A DNA stretch of 64,000 nt from Clostridia bacterium. GTDB taxonomy: Bacteria > Bacillota > Clostridia > Christensenellales > RUG350. The first letter of the stretch is position 1; each line of letters starts with the position of its first letter. Of this stretch, positions 1 through 9,988 are shown in pieces. The stretch spans positions 2,330-66,329 of the forward strand of contig JAGBSX010000042.1 in the NCBI GenBank assembly GCA_017631635.1. The letters run 5' to 3'. The translations under genes were made by a program, and so were the position numbers. Under the pieces are notes generated by a model. That model was not told where the DNA came from and did no database searches. It saw only the letters and a list, made by a program, of their open reading frames with translations.

Positions 1-471
1 ACAAGCACCCATTACTTTGCCATTGTCAGCATTTAGTCCAGAAGGAATATCTGCCGATAGCACATATCTACCACTAGCATTTATCTTGGATATAACACTA
101 GCGACGTCGCTAGACACCTCTCTACTGAGCCCTATACCAAATATACTATCGACTACCACGTCAGCCCACATCAGAGCCTCGTCTATATCTTGTACGATTT
201 CTCCTCCTGAGCCTACGTATTTCTCCATATACCTAGAGCCTTCTTCACATAGGTCGTCATACAACGAATACACCTTGACAAGTCTAGCGCCTTGTAGTCT
301 AATAGCTAGAGATAGTCCGTCTGCACCGTTTTTGCCTTTGCCGACTACCACTAGCACCTTGCCATCAGGGAGTCGCGAGTGCAGAGAAGAGGACGCACGG
401 TCTATGAGAGTATAGACGTCTACCCCCTCCTCCATAGTCTCTCTCTCGTTGAGACGAATATCCTCTGTCAT
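1..471 (-). CDS. nnr: NAD(P)H-hydrate epimerase / YjeF N-terminal domain protein; the gene's 3' end runs off the window start
   Basis: Absent from the ORF track because there is no stop in the window. Reverse strand hand-translated from ATG at 471 for about 77 codons: MTEDIRLNERETMEEGVDVYTLIDRASSSLHSRLPDGKVLVVVGKGKNGADGLSLAIRLQGARLVKVY... A quicker reading sees no stop down to position 1. The GKGxNGxDG loop is the YjeF_N signature. Confidence 0.7.
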   Translation of the reverse strand, partial: MTEDIRLNERETMEEGVDVYTLIDRASSSLHSRLPDGKVLVVVGKGKNGADGLSLAIRLQGARLVKVYSLYDDLCEEGSRYMEKYVGSGGEIVQDIDEALMWADVVVDSIFGIGLSREVSSDVASVISKINASGRYVLSADIPSGLNADNGKVMGAC

Positions 472-478
472 ACACACT

Positions 479-1084
479 CTAATCATACTCATCTTCTCCT
501 GAGATACTCGACACGACTTCGCTAGCCACACTAGTCGAATATCCTCTCACTACCAAGTGATTAAATATCTTCTTCTTGTCGCCACCTACCCTATGACTAT
601 ATCTCTCAGCCTCTCTCGTAGCAGGAGCATACTCATCAAAATCAATCAAAGCCTCTTCTACGATATCCTCACAGATACCTTTTGCTCTTAGTTCGTGGCG
701 AATACGCACCTTGCCCTTGGTCTCTCGAGACATATCCACGTATCTAGTCGCATAATCCCTATCATCTAGATATCCGTACCCCGTGATTCTCCTAATAGCC
801 TCCTCCACCACTATGGTAGTATAGCCTAGTCGATACAACTTGCCTTCCACCTCTTTGACAGTACGCATAGCGCTAGATATATAAGCGATAGCATCACTAT
901 AAGCACTCGCTCGAGCGCTGTCTTCTACTATCTCTAGCAATAAGTCTCTATCTATCTCATTTCCTTTCTCCAACACCCTATAATCTAGTAGAGTCTGCTC
1001 GTCGATAGTAGCAAAAAACTCCCCGTCTACAACGAGGTCGTATTTTCTCTTTCTCCTAGATGGTGTGATAGAAGTGATTAACAT
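479..1084 (-). CDS. recX: Recombination regulator RecX
   Basis: 201 aa. The N-terminus (KRKYDLVVDGEFFATIDEQTLLDYRV) and repeated three-helix modules are typical of RecX. Confidence 0.75.
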   Translation of the reverse strand: MLITSITPSRRKRKYDLVVDGEFFATIDEQTLLDYRVLEKGNEIDRDLLLEIVEDSARASAYSDAIAYISSAMRTVKEVEGKLYRLGYTTIVVEEAIRRITGYGYLDDRDYATRYVDMSRETKGKVRIRHELRAKGICEDIVEEALIDFDEYAPATREAERYSHRVGGDKKKIFNHLVVRGYSTSVASEVVSSISGEDEYD

Positions 1085-1235
1085 AATTACATTATACCTC
1101 TAAAAGTCGCAGATATCAACTGATTTTTTGTTGGATTTTGTCCATTACCTTCTATACGGCACTACTTCACACTATTTTTGGTAGAGAGTCCACATTTGGG
1201 ACTAGAAGTGCTAATATGGTAATGGAGGTAATAAT

Positions 1236-2558
1236 ATGCACAATATAGGTGCTCGCATAGTAGCCGTGGTGCTACTCTCATTGATAAGTATAAGTAGCGC
1301 TTGGGGGTATAGTTATATCTCCAGCGCAGACTCTAGCAGTTCTCTCTCTACCCCTCCTACCGACTCCACCTCGACGATATTGCCCACTCCTACACCCACT
1401 CCCACGGTAGACAAAAATATATATCCTATACCTGCTAGCAAAGTGTCAAGCGTATTGTTTAGCCTATCCCAACACGTAGGTGGAAGCAAAAAAGACGAAA
1501 TACTCAACGTAATAGATACTGGTAGAGATATATATCTAATAGGTGATAGCGATAGTCCCGACAAAGACGTATGCGCAAAAAAAACTAGTAGCGTATTTGT
1601 CACAAAACTGTCCTCATCTACCCTCGACAAGACCAATTCTATAAGTATAAGCGAAAGCGCTCCTACATATTATCTGACTAGCACGTTAATCAAAGATGGT
1701 ATACTAATCATCACCACGGACAGAGAGAGCATTACTATTCACAGGTATTCGTACAACTTGGTGTACCTCAACTCTACCAAGTTGATGATAGGAGACGTCG
1801 TCAAAGCCGACTCTTATCTAGTAGATGACGAGGTATATCTACTGCTAGGGACTAAAAACGGCGTGCATATGGTCAAGACAAGCCATTTGCTAGAGATAAA
1901 ATACGCCAGACTTGTCGCAGAACAATGCAGTATGCAAAGTAGTAGTATACTAGGTAGTGGAGACTTTTTGCTGGTGACTAATTGCCCACAGGGTATACGA
2001 TTGCACAGAGTATCGTACGACTCCAACGTGACCAACACATCCTACATATATCAGGAGGAGGCCAAAGCGATAGATATATCCCCCTCGCTAGATAGTAGCA
2101 TAGGAGCATACGCCATACTCTACACTACCTCATCTCACCTGCGCCTACGCATAATAGACCAATCTCTCCTGACCGTGCAAGACACTCTAGTAGACTCTGG
2201 TAGCAGAGGCAGATTGATACCACTATCTAGAGGTTATCTAGTGATATCCTACGACACCACGTCTAGCACTACCTTGTGCAAACACGGAGATATCATCAAG
2301 AACAACTCGATAAAGTTTGACGATAACGTCGTCTATCAACCAAAGGCAGATAGCGTACTACTCATAGGTACTATAGGAGATAAGGTGTCGGTATATGATT
2401 ATACTCAGTCACTAGAGACGTCGTATCACATATCTATACCATACGCCAAGCCCGTGTACCTAAGCGAATATCTAATGGTACTCAATAGCAATCAAAACGT
2501 CTCTCCATACCTCTATGGCTACGGGGATACAGACGGATATATCCTACGATACGACTAA
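1236..2558 (+). CDS. Secreted or membrane-anchored hypothetical protein with a Ser/Thr/Pro-rich linker
   Basis: 440 aa. N-terminal hydrophobic signal (IVAVVLLSLISISSAWG), then SSSSLSTPPTDSTSTILPTPTPTPT. No family recognised. Confidence 0.55.
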   Translation: MHNIGARIVAVVLLSLISISSAWGYSYISSADSSSSLSTPPTDSTSTILPTPTPTPTVDKNIYPIPASKVSSVLFSLSQHVGGSKKDEILNVIDTGRDIYLIGDSDSPDKDVCAKKTSSVFVTKLSSSTLDKTNSISISESAPTYYLTSTLIKDGILIITTDRESITIHRYSYNLVYLNSTKLMIGDVVKADSYLVDDEVYLLLGTKNGVHMVKTSHLLEIKYARLVAEQCSMQSSSILGSGDFLLVTNCPQGIRLHRVSYDSNVTNTSYIYQEEAKAIDISPSLDSSIGAYAILYTTSSHLRLRIIDQSLLTVQDTLVDSGSRGRLIPLSRGYLVISYDTTSSTTLCKHGDIIKNNSIKFDDNVVYQPKADSVLLIGTIGDKVSVYDYTQSLETSYHISIPYAKPVYLSEYLMVLNSNQNVSPYLYGYGDTDGYILRYD

Positions 2559-2562
2559 TCAA

Positions 2563-2598
2563 ATAGGGTAGCACTCTCGGTGCTACCCTATCTCGTTT
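2563..2598. terminator. Hairpin terminator between convergent genes
   Basis: atagggtagcac / gtgctaccctat 12-bp stem followed by ctcgtttta. Confidence 0.65.
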
Positions 2599-2605
2599 TA
2601 TTCCA

Positions 2606-3238
2606 TTACATAGGATATCCTACGTATTTATTCTCTACCTCTAGGATATCAATATTGCCAAGGCAAGTATCTCTCAATACTTGGTAATGCCTCTCCTCTT
2701 GTCCTTGCTGTATACACAACACCAAACTCACTCTCTCGTCGTATATCTTGTCCTCTACTATCACCTGTTGGTCCATTAGATATCTCTCCACACTCCTCAG
2801 ATGCGTATAGTCAAAACTCACACGCACCACCGTAGAGGGAGCATATCTACTCACACCACATAGGTCTAGCACTCCACTACAAGACTTGACGTAAGCACCC
2901 ACTAGACCATTAGCGCCTAGTTTGATACCTCCAAAATATCTCACACTCACTACGCACACTTGCCTAAGATTTCGCTTGCGAATCACCTCTAGCATAGGCA
3001 TACCAGCCGTACCTTGTGGCTCTCCATCGTCGCTAAATCTCATCTCGTTGCCACCTATATCCGTGATATACGCATAGCAATAATGCGTAGCCATAGGATA
3101 TAGACCTCGCACCTCGTCTATGAAGTCCTTGGCTTCGTCTTGTGAGGTGACTACTCTGGCCAATGAGATAAATCTACTACGCTCTATGACGTACTCGTAG
3201 GTAGCAGGGCTTGTGATAGTCAAATATTCTCTCATCAC
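2606..3238 (-). CDS. yigZ: YigZ / IMPACT family protein
   Basis: 210 aa. SRFIS...ATHYCYAY...[15 protein letters not shown]...[18 protein letters not shown] matches conserved IMPACT-family blocks. Confidence 0.8.
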   Translation of the reverse strand: MMREYLTITSPATYEYVIERSRFISLARVVTSQDEAKDFIDEVRGLYPMATHYCYAYITDIGGNEMRFSDDGEPQGTAGMPMLEVIRKRNLRQVCVVSVRYFGGIKLGANGLVGAYVKSCSGVLDLCGVSRYAPSTVVRVSFDYTHLRSVERYLMDQQVIVEDKIYDERVSLVLCIQQGQEERHYQVLRDTCLGNIDILEVENKYVGYPM

Positions 3239-4434
3239 AATACCAACTTAATTCTATTCTTCTTGCCCTTGTATAGCACGCACTCGCCCTTGAGCATATC
3301 CTCGGTGATCTCGGCATTGACGTCGGTGACCTTGTCGTCGCCTATACGCACGCCACCACCCTCTATGAGTCTGCGAGCCTCTCCCTTGGATGGAGCGAAC
3401 TTGACCTCTACTAGTATGTCTACTACTCTGCCAGGCTTGACGGTGGCAGTAGCCATATTTGAGGTATCCCCACTAAAGGCTGCCTTGACCTGAGCCTCTA
3501 CCTTGTCAGCCTCATCTTTGCCGTGTATCATACTAGTCACTTCGTAGGCTAGCACTCTCTTCGCCTCGTTGATACGCTCGTCTTGGTACTTGGTGAGTTC
3601 TCTGATCTGCTCCATAGGCATAAAGGTCAACAACCTCAAGCACTTCTCTACGTCGGCATCATCTACGTTTCTCCAATATTGATAGAAGTCATATGGAGTA
3701 GTCTTGTCCTTATCAATCCATATAGCACCCTTGGCAGTCTTGCCCATCTTCTTACCTTCGGAGGTGGTGAGTAGTTCAAAGGTCATAGCATACGCTGGAT
3801 CTCCACTCTTGCGTCGTATGAGGTCTGCACCTGCCAATATATTTGACCATTGATCGTCGCCACCACATTGTAGTTTGACGCCATACTTGTCGTGTAGCAC
3901 CAAGAAGTCGTAGCCTTGCATAAGCATATAGTTAAACTCCAAGAAGGATAGTCCTTTCTCCATACGTGACTTGAAGCACTCTGCAGTCAACATACGATTG
4001 ACAGAGAAGTATGCTCCTATATCTCTCAAAAAGTCTACGTAGTTGAGGTCTAGTAGCCAGTCTGCATTGTTGACTATGATAGCGGCATTTTCTCCTGTAA
4101 AATCCAAAAACTTGGACATCTGCACCTTGAAGCACTCTACGTTGTGATCGATAGTCTCCTTGGTCATCATAGCGCGCATATCAGTACGACCTGATGGATC
4201 GCCAACCATAGCAGTACCACCACCTATGAGTATGATAGGCTTGTGTCCTGCCTTTTGTAGCCAACTCATTACCATTAGTTGAACAAAATGTCCCACGTGT
4301 AGGCTATCTGCAGTAGGGTCAAATCCTATATAAAATGGTACGCTCTCACTACCTAGTAGTTTGTACAAATCCTCCTCGTACACGGTTTGCTTGACAAATC
4401 CTCTAGCACGTAGGGTATCCAATATATTTTCCAT
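3235..4434 (-). CDS. tyrS: Tyrosine--tRNA ligase
   Basis: 399 aa. HIGH motif (LHVGHF), KMSKS motif (KMGKT), C-terminal S4-like domain ([17 protein letters not shown]). Confidence 0.95.
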   Translation of the reverse strand: MENILDTLRARGFVKQTVYEEDLYKLLGSESVPFYIGFDPTADSLHVGHFVQLMVMSWLQKAGHKPIILIGGGTAMVGDPSGRTDMRAMMTKETIDHNVECFKVQMSKFLDFTGENAAIIVNNADWLLDLNYVDFLRDIGAYFSVNRMLTAECFKSRMEKGLSFLEFNYMLMQGYDFLVLHDKYGVKLQCGGDDQWSNILAGADLIRRKSGDPAYAMTFELLTTSEGKKMGKTAKGAIWIDKDKTTPYDFYQYWRNVDDADVEKCLRLLTFMPMEQIRELTKYQDERINEAKRVLAYEVTSMIHGKDEADKVEAQVKAAFSGDTSNMATATVKPGRVVDILVEVKFAPSKGEARRLIEGGGVRIGDDKVTDVNAEITEDMLKGECVLYKGKKNRIKLVL

Positions 4435-4466
4435 AACATCCTCCGATATGGTCTAAATTCTACAGT

Positions 4467-4495
4467 ATTATAGCACGAACAGACCAATATATCAA
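4467..4495 (-). promoter_or_regulatory. Sigma-70-type promoter of tyrS
   Basis: Minus strand reads TTGATA-17 nt-TATAAT, about 30 nt upstream of the GGAGGA RBS and the ATG at 4434. Confidence 0.6.
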
Positions 4496-4557
4496 CAAAA
4501 AATCAAGGTCTAGGGGCTTTTTTGGACAAATACCACAAAAAAATCGAGACTATCTCC

Positions 4558-4591
4558 CCAAAAAATAAATCAAGCGAGCAAATCTGCTCGC
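4558..4591 (-). terminator. Intrinsic terminator after the 87-aa ORF
   Basis: gcgagca-aatc-tgctcgc hairpin followed on the minus strand by ttgatttatttttt. Confidence 0.7.
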
Positions 4592-4598
4592 CTGATTA

Positions 4599-4862
4599 TC
4601 AATTTAACTGTATAGGTAGTGTGGTATCGTCGAGGTCTATGATAGCCATAGGATAATCTCTCATACGCACCCATTTAGCACCGATTTCTTTGAGGTAAGG
4701 ATATGCATAACTAGGATCGTACAATCCTGCATCAGCCTTCTCTAGCCCCACACCTATAGGAGAGGTGGAGATGTCGGCAGTCTTTAGAAAATTTAATTTA
4801 CCTATCTTATTGACACCCGAACGTGTAAGTTTGGTCTCACTCTCTTTTACGTCAAAAAACAT
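4599..4862 (-). CDS. Hypothetical 87-aa protein
   Basis: Strong RBS (aaaaggaggctaat-ATG). No family recognised. Confidence 0.4.
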   Translation of the reverse strand: MFFDVKESETKLTRSGVNKIGKLNFLKTADISTSPIGVGLEKADAGLYDPSYAYPYLKEIGAKWVRMRDYPMAIIDLDDTTLPIQLN

Positions 4863-4976
4863 ATTAGCCTCCTTTTGTTGATTATATTATATCTTATCGA
4901 AAAACGCACAATCTATCATTATTTAATGAAAAAATGTGCGTTTTTTAATTATCTAATTATTTCACTATGCGTTTTG

Positions 4977-5207
4977 CTATATTTTTTTAATATTTTCATT
5001 TTTTGCAGACTTGACTTTCTTGACCAATATATATGCTAGTCCACATAGAGCATTTAGCCCCCACGATATAGGATAAGTGATACCTATCATCTCTATCTCC
5101 GTCCACATAGGCAAGAATATCTCTATGAGCAGTATCCTAGATAGTAGTATGCTAAATAGCGAAAAGATAAACGGTGTCAAAGTATCACCACTACCTTGAT
5201 TATTCAA
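4977..5207 (-). CDS. Small hydrophobic ORF, possibly a C-terminal remnant of a multi-pass membrane protein
   Basis: 76 aa with two hydrophobic spans. Sits in an AT-rich, gene-poor stretch. I did not check it for an RBS. Confidence 0.25.
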   Translation of the reverse strand: MNNQGSGDTLTPFIFSLFSILLSRILLIEIFLPMWTEIEMIGITYPISWGLNALCGLAYILVKKVKSAKNENIKKI

Positions 5208-5373
5208 ATAAATTGTACTCCCCTAAAGCCACAAAATCAACTATTTTTTAGTAAAACTTTATAAAAATTCATATGAATTTCATTACTGCAAATAAATGCC
5301 CTATATAGATTGTTTTATAATAGGGTAATATAAGGTTTTATTACTAATTTTAATCAAATAGTATTATTATTTC

Positions 5374-5402
5374 TTTACATTTAGAGTATATTGGTGTACA
5401 AT
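5374..5402 (+). promoter_or_regulatory. Sigma-70-type promoter of the lipid kinase gene
   Basis: TTTACA-17 nt-TACAAT. The predicted start site falls after the first ATG (5405), which argues for the ATG at 5426. Confidence 0.5.
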
Positions 5403-5425
5403 ATATGAGTACAAGCGAGGAAATT

Positions 5426-6310
5426 ATGTATCATATTTTTTCAAACCCTAGGTCCAAGTCAAATCGTGGCAATCGCACACTCAACAAGGTTGAGCGTATT
5501 TTGCAATCTCGAGGAGTAGACTTTACCTCGTACGTATGCTCTACCCCAGAGGTAGCCAAGGTTCAACTTGACGAGATAATAGCCTCCGGTGGTGGCGACA
5601 TCATAGTAGTAGGTGGAGACGGCACACTATTTAATATAATCAATAGCATATCCGACTTTAGCAAGATACGTATAGGTATAGTGGCTGCAGGTACAGGCAA
5701 CGACTTCGCTAGGACTCTCAAAGTTAGCAAAAATCTAGAGGACTCTATAGACGATATACTCTCACCTGATACTCACACTATAGACATTATGCAAGTAGGC
5801 GACTACAAGTGCGTCAACGTAGCAGGTACAGGACTAGATATAGAGGTACTCAAGCGTTATAACAAGATGAAGTTTTTTGACGGCAAGATCAAGTATTATC
5901 TAGCGCTACTCATTACTTTGTTTAAGTTTAGATTTTACAAACTACGCGTCACACTAGGCGAAGACGAGCCATTTGAGGTAGACGGCATGTTTGTATCGGT
6001 AGGTAATGGCAAATATATCGGTGGTGGCATGAACGCCGTCCCAAATGCTCGCCCAGACGACGGACTCCTCGACGTGACTATCGTGCGTAGTCTACCAGGC
6101 ATCAAGATAGTCACCAACCTACTACATTTTCTAAAAGGCAATCATCACAAGAGCAAATACATAGACTCCTACACTACTAGAGGTCCTGTCAAAGTAGAAA
6201 TACTAGAGGACACCCAGACTATACAGATGGACGGAGAGATGAAAGATAGCAAGTTTGAGTGTAGCATTATCCCAAATGCTATCACACTACTCAACACCAA
6301 ACAATATTAA
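5426..6310 (+). CDS. Diacylglycerol/lipid kinase family protein (YegS/BmrU-like)
   Basis: GGDGT motif (VVGGDGTLFNII) and a GTGNDFAR block. Start moved from 5405 to the ATG at 5426, which has a GAGGA RBS. Confidence 0.8.
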   Translation: MYHIFSNPRSKSNRGNRTLNKVERILQSRGVDFTSYVCSTPEVAKVQLDEIIASGGGDIIVVGGDGTLFNIINSISDFSKIRIGIVAAGTGNDFARTLKVSKNLEDSIDDILSPDTHTIDIMQVGDYKCVNVAGTGLDIEVLKRYNKMKFFDGKIKYYLALLITLFKFRFYKLRVTLGEDEPFEVDGMFVSVGNGKYIGGGMNAVPNARPDDGLLDVTIVRSLPGIKIVTNLLHFLKGNHHKSKYIDSYTTRGPVKVEILEDTQTIQMDGEMKDSKFECSIIPNAITLLNTKQY

Positions 6311-6311
6311 T

Positions 6312-6346
6312 AAAAAGCACACTTTATCGCTAGAGTGTGCTTTTTG
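6312..6346 (+). terminator. Intrinsic terminator
   Basis: gcacact...agtgtgc stem followed by ttttt. Confidence 0.7.
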
Positions 6347-6375
6347 TATATCTCAACTATCTACCCCCCCTACCA

Positions 6376-6403
6376 TACAAAAAGGAACGACTTGAGTCGC
6401 TCC
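6376..6403 (-). terminator. Intrinsic terminator after the large lipoprotein gene
   Basis: ggagcgac-tcaa-gtcgttcc hairpin on the minus strand, followed by tttttg. Confidence 0.6.
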
Positions 6404-6415
6404 TTTTTTTGTTGT

Positions 6416-9082
6416 TTAGGCTATCTTGGTGATCTCTTTGGTATCAGTATTTATCTTGTAAAGATGACTATCTCCGCCTACTCCACCTAGAAGATAATTA
6501 ACGAAATATACGTCATTTTCTATAACTGTAATAGCCTTAGTGTAATAAGTCACTCCAGATACAGTTCTCTCCATTATCTTGGTAGCAGTATTTGAATTCG
6601 TATTCACTACGTAAAGTCCTGCTTTTGCATTGCTGATAGTATCCGAATAGATGTATACCTTATTACCACTATTTGATATCTCCACAGGGTCTACGTCCAT
6701 TATCCACCTAGCATATCCACTACCGTCTACGTTGACTTTAGATAGACATCTGCTAATTCCATAAGTCTCACGGAAATATACTACTCCGTCACTTATCTCA
6801 AATACGTTGACTTTTGGCCCGTCAAATACTAGAGTTGCCTCATCTTGGACATATCCGGTAGTAGGCATCTTGTAGAGTTTGTTTCCATTCTCAAAGTAGA
6901 TATATCCATCATAATAGCGTAGGTTGTTTACTCCACTAGAGTACATCATATCGTGAGTACCATCACTCTTGATAACGTGTATAGCAGTAGTAAAACCACC
7001 AGCATTTTTCTCTACGAAGAATACGTTTGTACCATCTCCACAGATATCATTACAATCATAGGTAGATATCTTCTCGGCTACTCCACCAGTCTTGAGGTTG
7101 ATGCGATACATATCGTTGTTGACTATCCAACTCACAGTATTGATATATAGATAATCTCCTATGATACTGAAGTCAACCACCTTGTTTGAAGATATCTTGA
7201 CGCTAGTACCTGTGCTAGGATAATACGCATACAAACACTTATCTTTGTACAAATCTAAGTAATATAGTACTCCATTGTACTCTAGTGTCTTTGAACCCAA
7301 ACTTAGTGGTGTGTACTCAGGTATCTCAAATCCATCTAGTACCTCTACCATTGTATTATTAGAAAGATTGTGGATAATTAGCATTTGGTCGCTTACACGA
7401 TAGTATGCCACTTTGTCGTCACTTATCTTTGTCAATGAAGAATATGTGTCATCTCCTACCAGTTTAGTGCCAGGCAACGAATTGTCCACGGTAGGATATG
7501 CATTGACGTAGTATATACCATCTCCAAAAGCAGATGACGTGAGCAAATCTACGTTGACATAATACAATTTGTTTCCTATCAAGGTGAGATTAGCACCTGC
7601 ATCAATAGTGAGTTTTCTCGTAGCACCATTAGATATCTTATAACTAGCGATATAGTTGCCTAGTAGATTGTCTACTGTGTAGAATAGATATCCGTTGTCT
7701 AGGGTAAGTGTAGAGATTTTTTCATCTACTACTAGTGTCCTAGCAGTACCACTAGTAGACATTTTTGATAGTTTGTAACCGTTAGCACCATCTGCAAAGT
7801 ATAGGTATCCGTTATAATATTGTAGATACTTAGCCTTGCCTGCTGACAATAGAGTAATAGTAGGCTCTTCACTTCCATTTAGAGTTAGTTTGTATATACC
7901 ACTGCTTGATTGTGTTAGTGCGTTTTTGACAAAATACAAATTAGTACCGTCACTTACTAGATATTCGCCACTCTCTCCAGCTATAGAACTGAGAGAGCCG
8001 TCGCTGATAGATTTAATAGAAGAAAATAGTGATTTGCTTCTAAAATATATATCATCTCCTATCATAGTGAAATTGTATGGTATATCACTAGATATTCTAG
8101 ACACCTCGCTACCGTCATACGCATACAAATAATCTTTGTCCAATGCGTTTGCAAAGTACAACACACCGTCGCTATACAATATATGTCTCTCTGCATCAGA
8201 TCCTTTGATGACCATCTTAGCAGTTAGAGTGAGAGTATGGTAATTTGGATTAGTAATAGTAACCGTTATGTTATAAGTACCACTATCAGTAGCAGTATTT
8301 GTCATACCACTATTTCCCTCACAAGTGTACGTAATGCTAGAGCCTTGTGGTGGTTGTCCTACTATCTCCAACGTCTTGGGATTGCCGTCATACTCAACAC
8401 TCTCGTCTCCAAAACTAATACCACTCATAGTAGCCTTGTTAATAGTCAAAGTGGCAGTTAGAGTGAGAGTATTGTAATTTGGATTAGTAATAGTAGCCGT
8501 TATGTTATAAGTGCCACTATCAGTAGCAGTATTTGTCATACCACTATTTCCCTCACAAGTGTACGTAATGTTAGAGCCTTGTGGTGGTTGTCCTACTATC
8601 TCCAACGTCTTGGGATTGCCGTCATACTCAAAACTCTCGTCTCCAAAAGTAATACCACTCATAGTAGCCTTGTTAATAGTCAAAGTGGCAGTTAGAGTGA
8701 GGGGGTTGTATCCTTCTCCAGACAATGTAGCAGTCGCAGTATATTCACCTGCGTTAGTAGCCATATTGTTTTGATAAGATACGTCTACACCACTAGGGAT
8801 ATTTCCACTCACCAATAGGGTGTGGATATTTCCATCATATGTATAAGTAGCATTAGCAAAACTTACTCCTGTGATATTCTCTAGGGTAGGATCGCTAGTA
8901 CCACCTGTAAGAGTCTCTCCACAACCATCACATACATAATCATTGTTGGTATCTATATGAGTATGTGGTGGAGGAGTATCTCCACCTCCGTCACTAGGAG
9001 TACAAGCGACTAGTCCAGCAGTCGACACCATAGCGACAGATATCAATATCAGCGCTATTTTTTTGAAAAATGAATTATTCAC
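6416..9082 (-). CDS. Large surface lipoprotein: N-terminal MBG-like Ig repeats plus a DUF5050-like beta-propeller region
   Basis: 888 aa, GTG start with an AAGGAG RBS. Lipobox STAGLVAC. Repeats of TLTATLTINKATMSGI.FGDES.EYDGNPKTLEIVGQPPQGS.ITYTCEGNSGMTNTATDSGTYNIT. The C-terminal 550 aa carry many recurring hydrophobic Y/F...LY(F/Y)-type blades. Confidence 0.8.
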   Translation of the reverse strand: MNNSFFKKIALILISVAMVSTAGLVACTPSDGGGDTPPPHTHIDTNNDYVCDGCGETLTGGTSDPTLENITGVSFANATYTYDGNIHTLLVSGNIPSGVDVSYQNNMATNAGEYTATATLSGEGYNPLTLTATLTINKATMSGITFGDESFEYDGNPKTLEIVGQPPQGSNITYTCEGNSGMTNTATDSGTYNITATITNPNYNTLTLTATLTINKATMSGISFGDESVEYDGNPKTLEIVGQPPQGSSITYTCEGNSGMTNTATDSGTYNITVTITNPNYHTLTLTAKMVIKGSDAERHILYSDGVLYFANALDKDYLYAYDGSEVSRISSDIPYNFTMIGDDIYFRSKSLFSSIKSISDGSLSSIAGESGEYLVSDGTNLYFVKNALTQSSSGIYKLTLNGSEEPTITLLSAGKAKYLQYYNGYLYFADGANGYKLSKMSTSGTARTLVVDEKISTLTLDNGYLFYTVDNLLGNYIASYKISNGATRKLTIDAGANLTLIGNKLYYVNVDLLTSSAFGDGIYYVNAYPTVDNSLPGTKLVGDDTYSSLTKISDDKVAYYRVSDQMLIIHNLSNNTMVEVLDGFEIPEYTPLSLGSKTLEYNGVLYYLDLYKDKCLYAYYPSTGTSVKISSNKVVDFSIIGDYLYINTVSWIVNNDMYRINLKTGGVAEKISTYDCNDICGDGTNVFFVEKNAGGFTTAIHVIKSDGTHDMMYSSGVNNLRYYDGYIYFENGNKLYKMPTTGYVQDEATLVFDGPKVNVFEISDGVVYFRETYGISRCLSKVNVDGSGYARWIMDVDPVEISNSGNKVYIYSDTISNAKAGLYVVNTNSNTATKIMERTVSGVTYYTKAITVIENDVYFVNYLLGGVGGDSHLYKINTDTKEITKIA
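8220..8687. repeat. Two tandem 234-bp (78-codon) coding repeats inside the lipoprotein gene
   Basis: Copies at 8220-8453 and 8454-8687 differ at 6 positions by hand alignment. A third, diverged copy starts at 8688. Confidence 0.9.
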
Positions 9083-9109
9083 AATCCGTTCTCCTTTTAT
9101 TAATATGTT

Positions 9110-9940
9110 TTAAAAACGGCTAGCAGTCGTTTCTATTTCTTCTGCTTTTTGTCTGTTTCTACTGATTATAGCAAATGGTAGTGCTATACCCGAATATGCT
9201 AGAGACACTACTACTCCTATCAAGAATATAATTATAGATAGTAGACCTAACAAAATAGCAAGTACTAGTTTTACGGTGATTAACCATATAATACCGTCTA
9301 GGCTCAATTCGAATATCAAGCCTGGTCCTCTAAACGAACGGCAAAAGAACAAGAAACAATCAAATACCGAATTTCCCCATATCATCTGTGTGATAAATGT
9401 AAATATGCAATACGCGCCTACTACGCATACAGGTATGGACGTATATTGATTGCTAGTTATCACGTGTACCAATGATGCTATTAGAGCAATAATTCCTATG
9501 ATACCACCCCAAATGTAGCCCTTATTAGTATTCGCATCAAATGCGTTCGCAGTATTTTTGACGGCATCTTCTTTTCTCTTGGCTTGACAGTCGTCGCAGT
9601 ATATATATTGTCTACCAACATCATCAGTCTGCATAGTGTATGCGCCTGGTTCTACAGGCTTTTGACACATAGAGCAATATCCTGCTATTACCTTGGTCAC
9701 AACTTTCTCTTCACTCTCTCCGACCTCATTGTCAGTCACGTCTGCAGTCCCTAAGAATTCATTGGCAGTCACACCAAACAAATCACATATTTTTTTGATA
9801 CTGTCTAGGTCTGGCTGTGACAAATCGTTTTCCCATTTTGAAACTGCTTGAGAGGTAACGTTCAACTTTTCGCCAAGTTCGGCTTGAGTCATACCACTTT
9901 TAATTCTTAGCTGTCTAATCTTAGCACCATACTTTTCCAT
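9110..9940 (-). CDS. Membrane-anchored XRE-family HTH regulator with a central zinc-ribbon
   Basis: 276 aa. HTH: IRQLRIKSGMTQAELGEKLNVTSQAVSKWEN. CSMCQ...CDDCQ cysteine pairs. The C-terminal half has about 4 TM helices. Confidence 0.8.
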   Translation of the reverse strand: MEKYGAKIRQLRIKSGMTQAELGEKLNVTSQAVSKWENDLSQPDLDSIKKICDLFGVTANEFLGTADVTDNEVGESEEKVVTKVIAGYCSMCQKPVEPGAYTMQTDDVGRQYIYCDDCQAKRKEDAVKNTANAFDANTNKGYIWGGIIGIIALIASLVHVITSNQYTSIPVCVVGAYCIFTFITQMIWGNSVFDCFLFFCRSFRGPGLIFELSLDGIIWLITVKLVLAILLGLLSIIIFLIGVVVSLAYSGIALPFAIISRNRQKAEEIETTASRF

Positions 9941-9988
9941 TTTATTTTCTCCTTTTATAATACCGTTTGGTATCTATTGATAAAATTA

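Noticed and set aside
17-415. 132-aa plus-strand ORF from the track
   Set aside because: It is antisense to a well-supported YjeF_N/Nnr coding frame on the minus strand, and its low-complexity S/T/L/P composition is typical of shadow ORFs.
4435-4598. Expected T-box leader upstream of tyrS
   Set aside because: The predicted promoter leaves only a ~30-nt 5' UTR. I saw no specifier loop or T-box sequence (AAnnnGGGTGGTACCGCG-like).
8220-8687. 234-bp repeats as a CRISPR-like or mobile repeat array
   Set aside because: They are in-frame coding repeats of an Ig-like module with no spacers and no cas genes.
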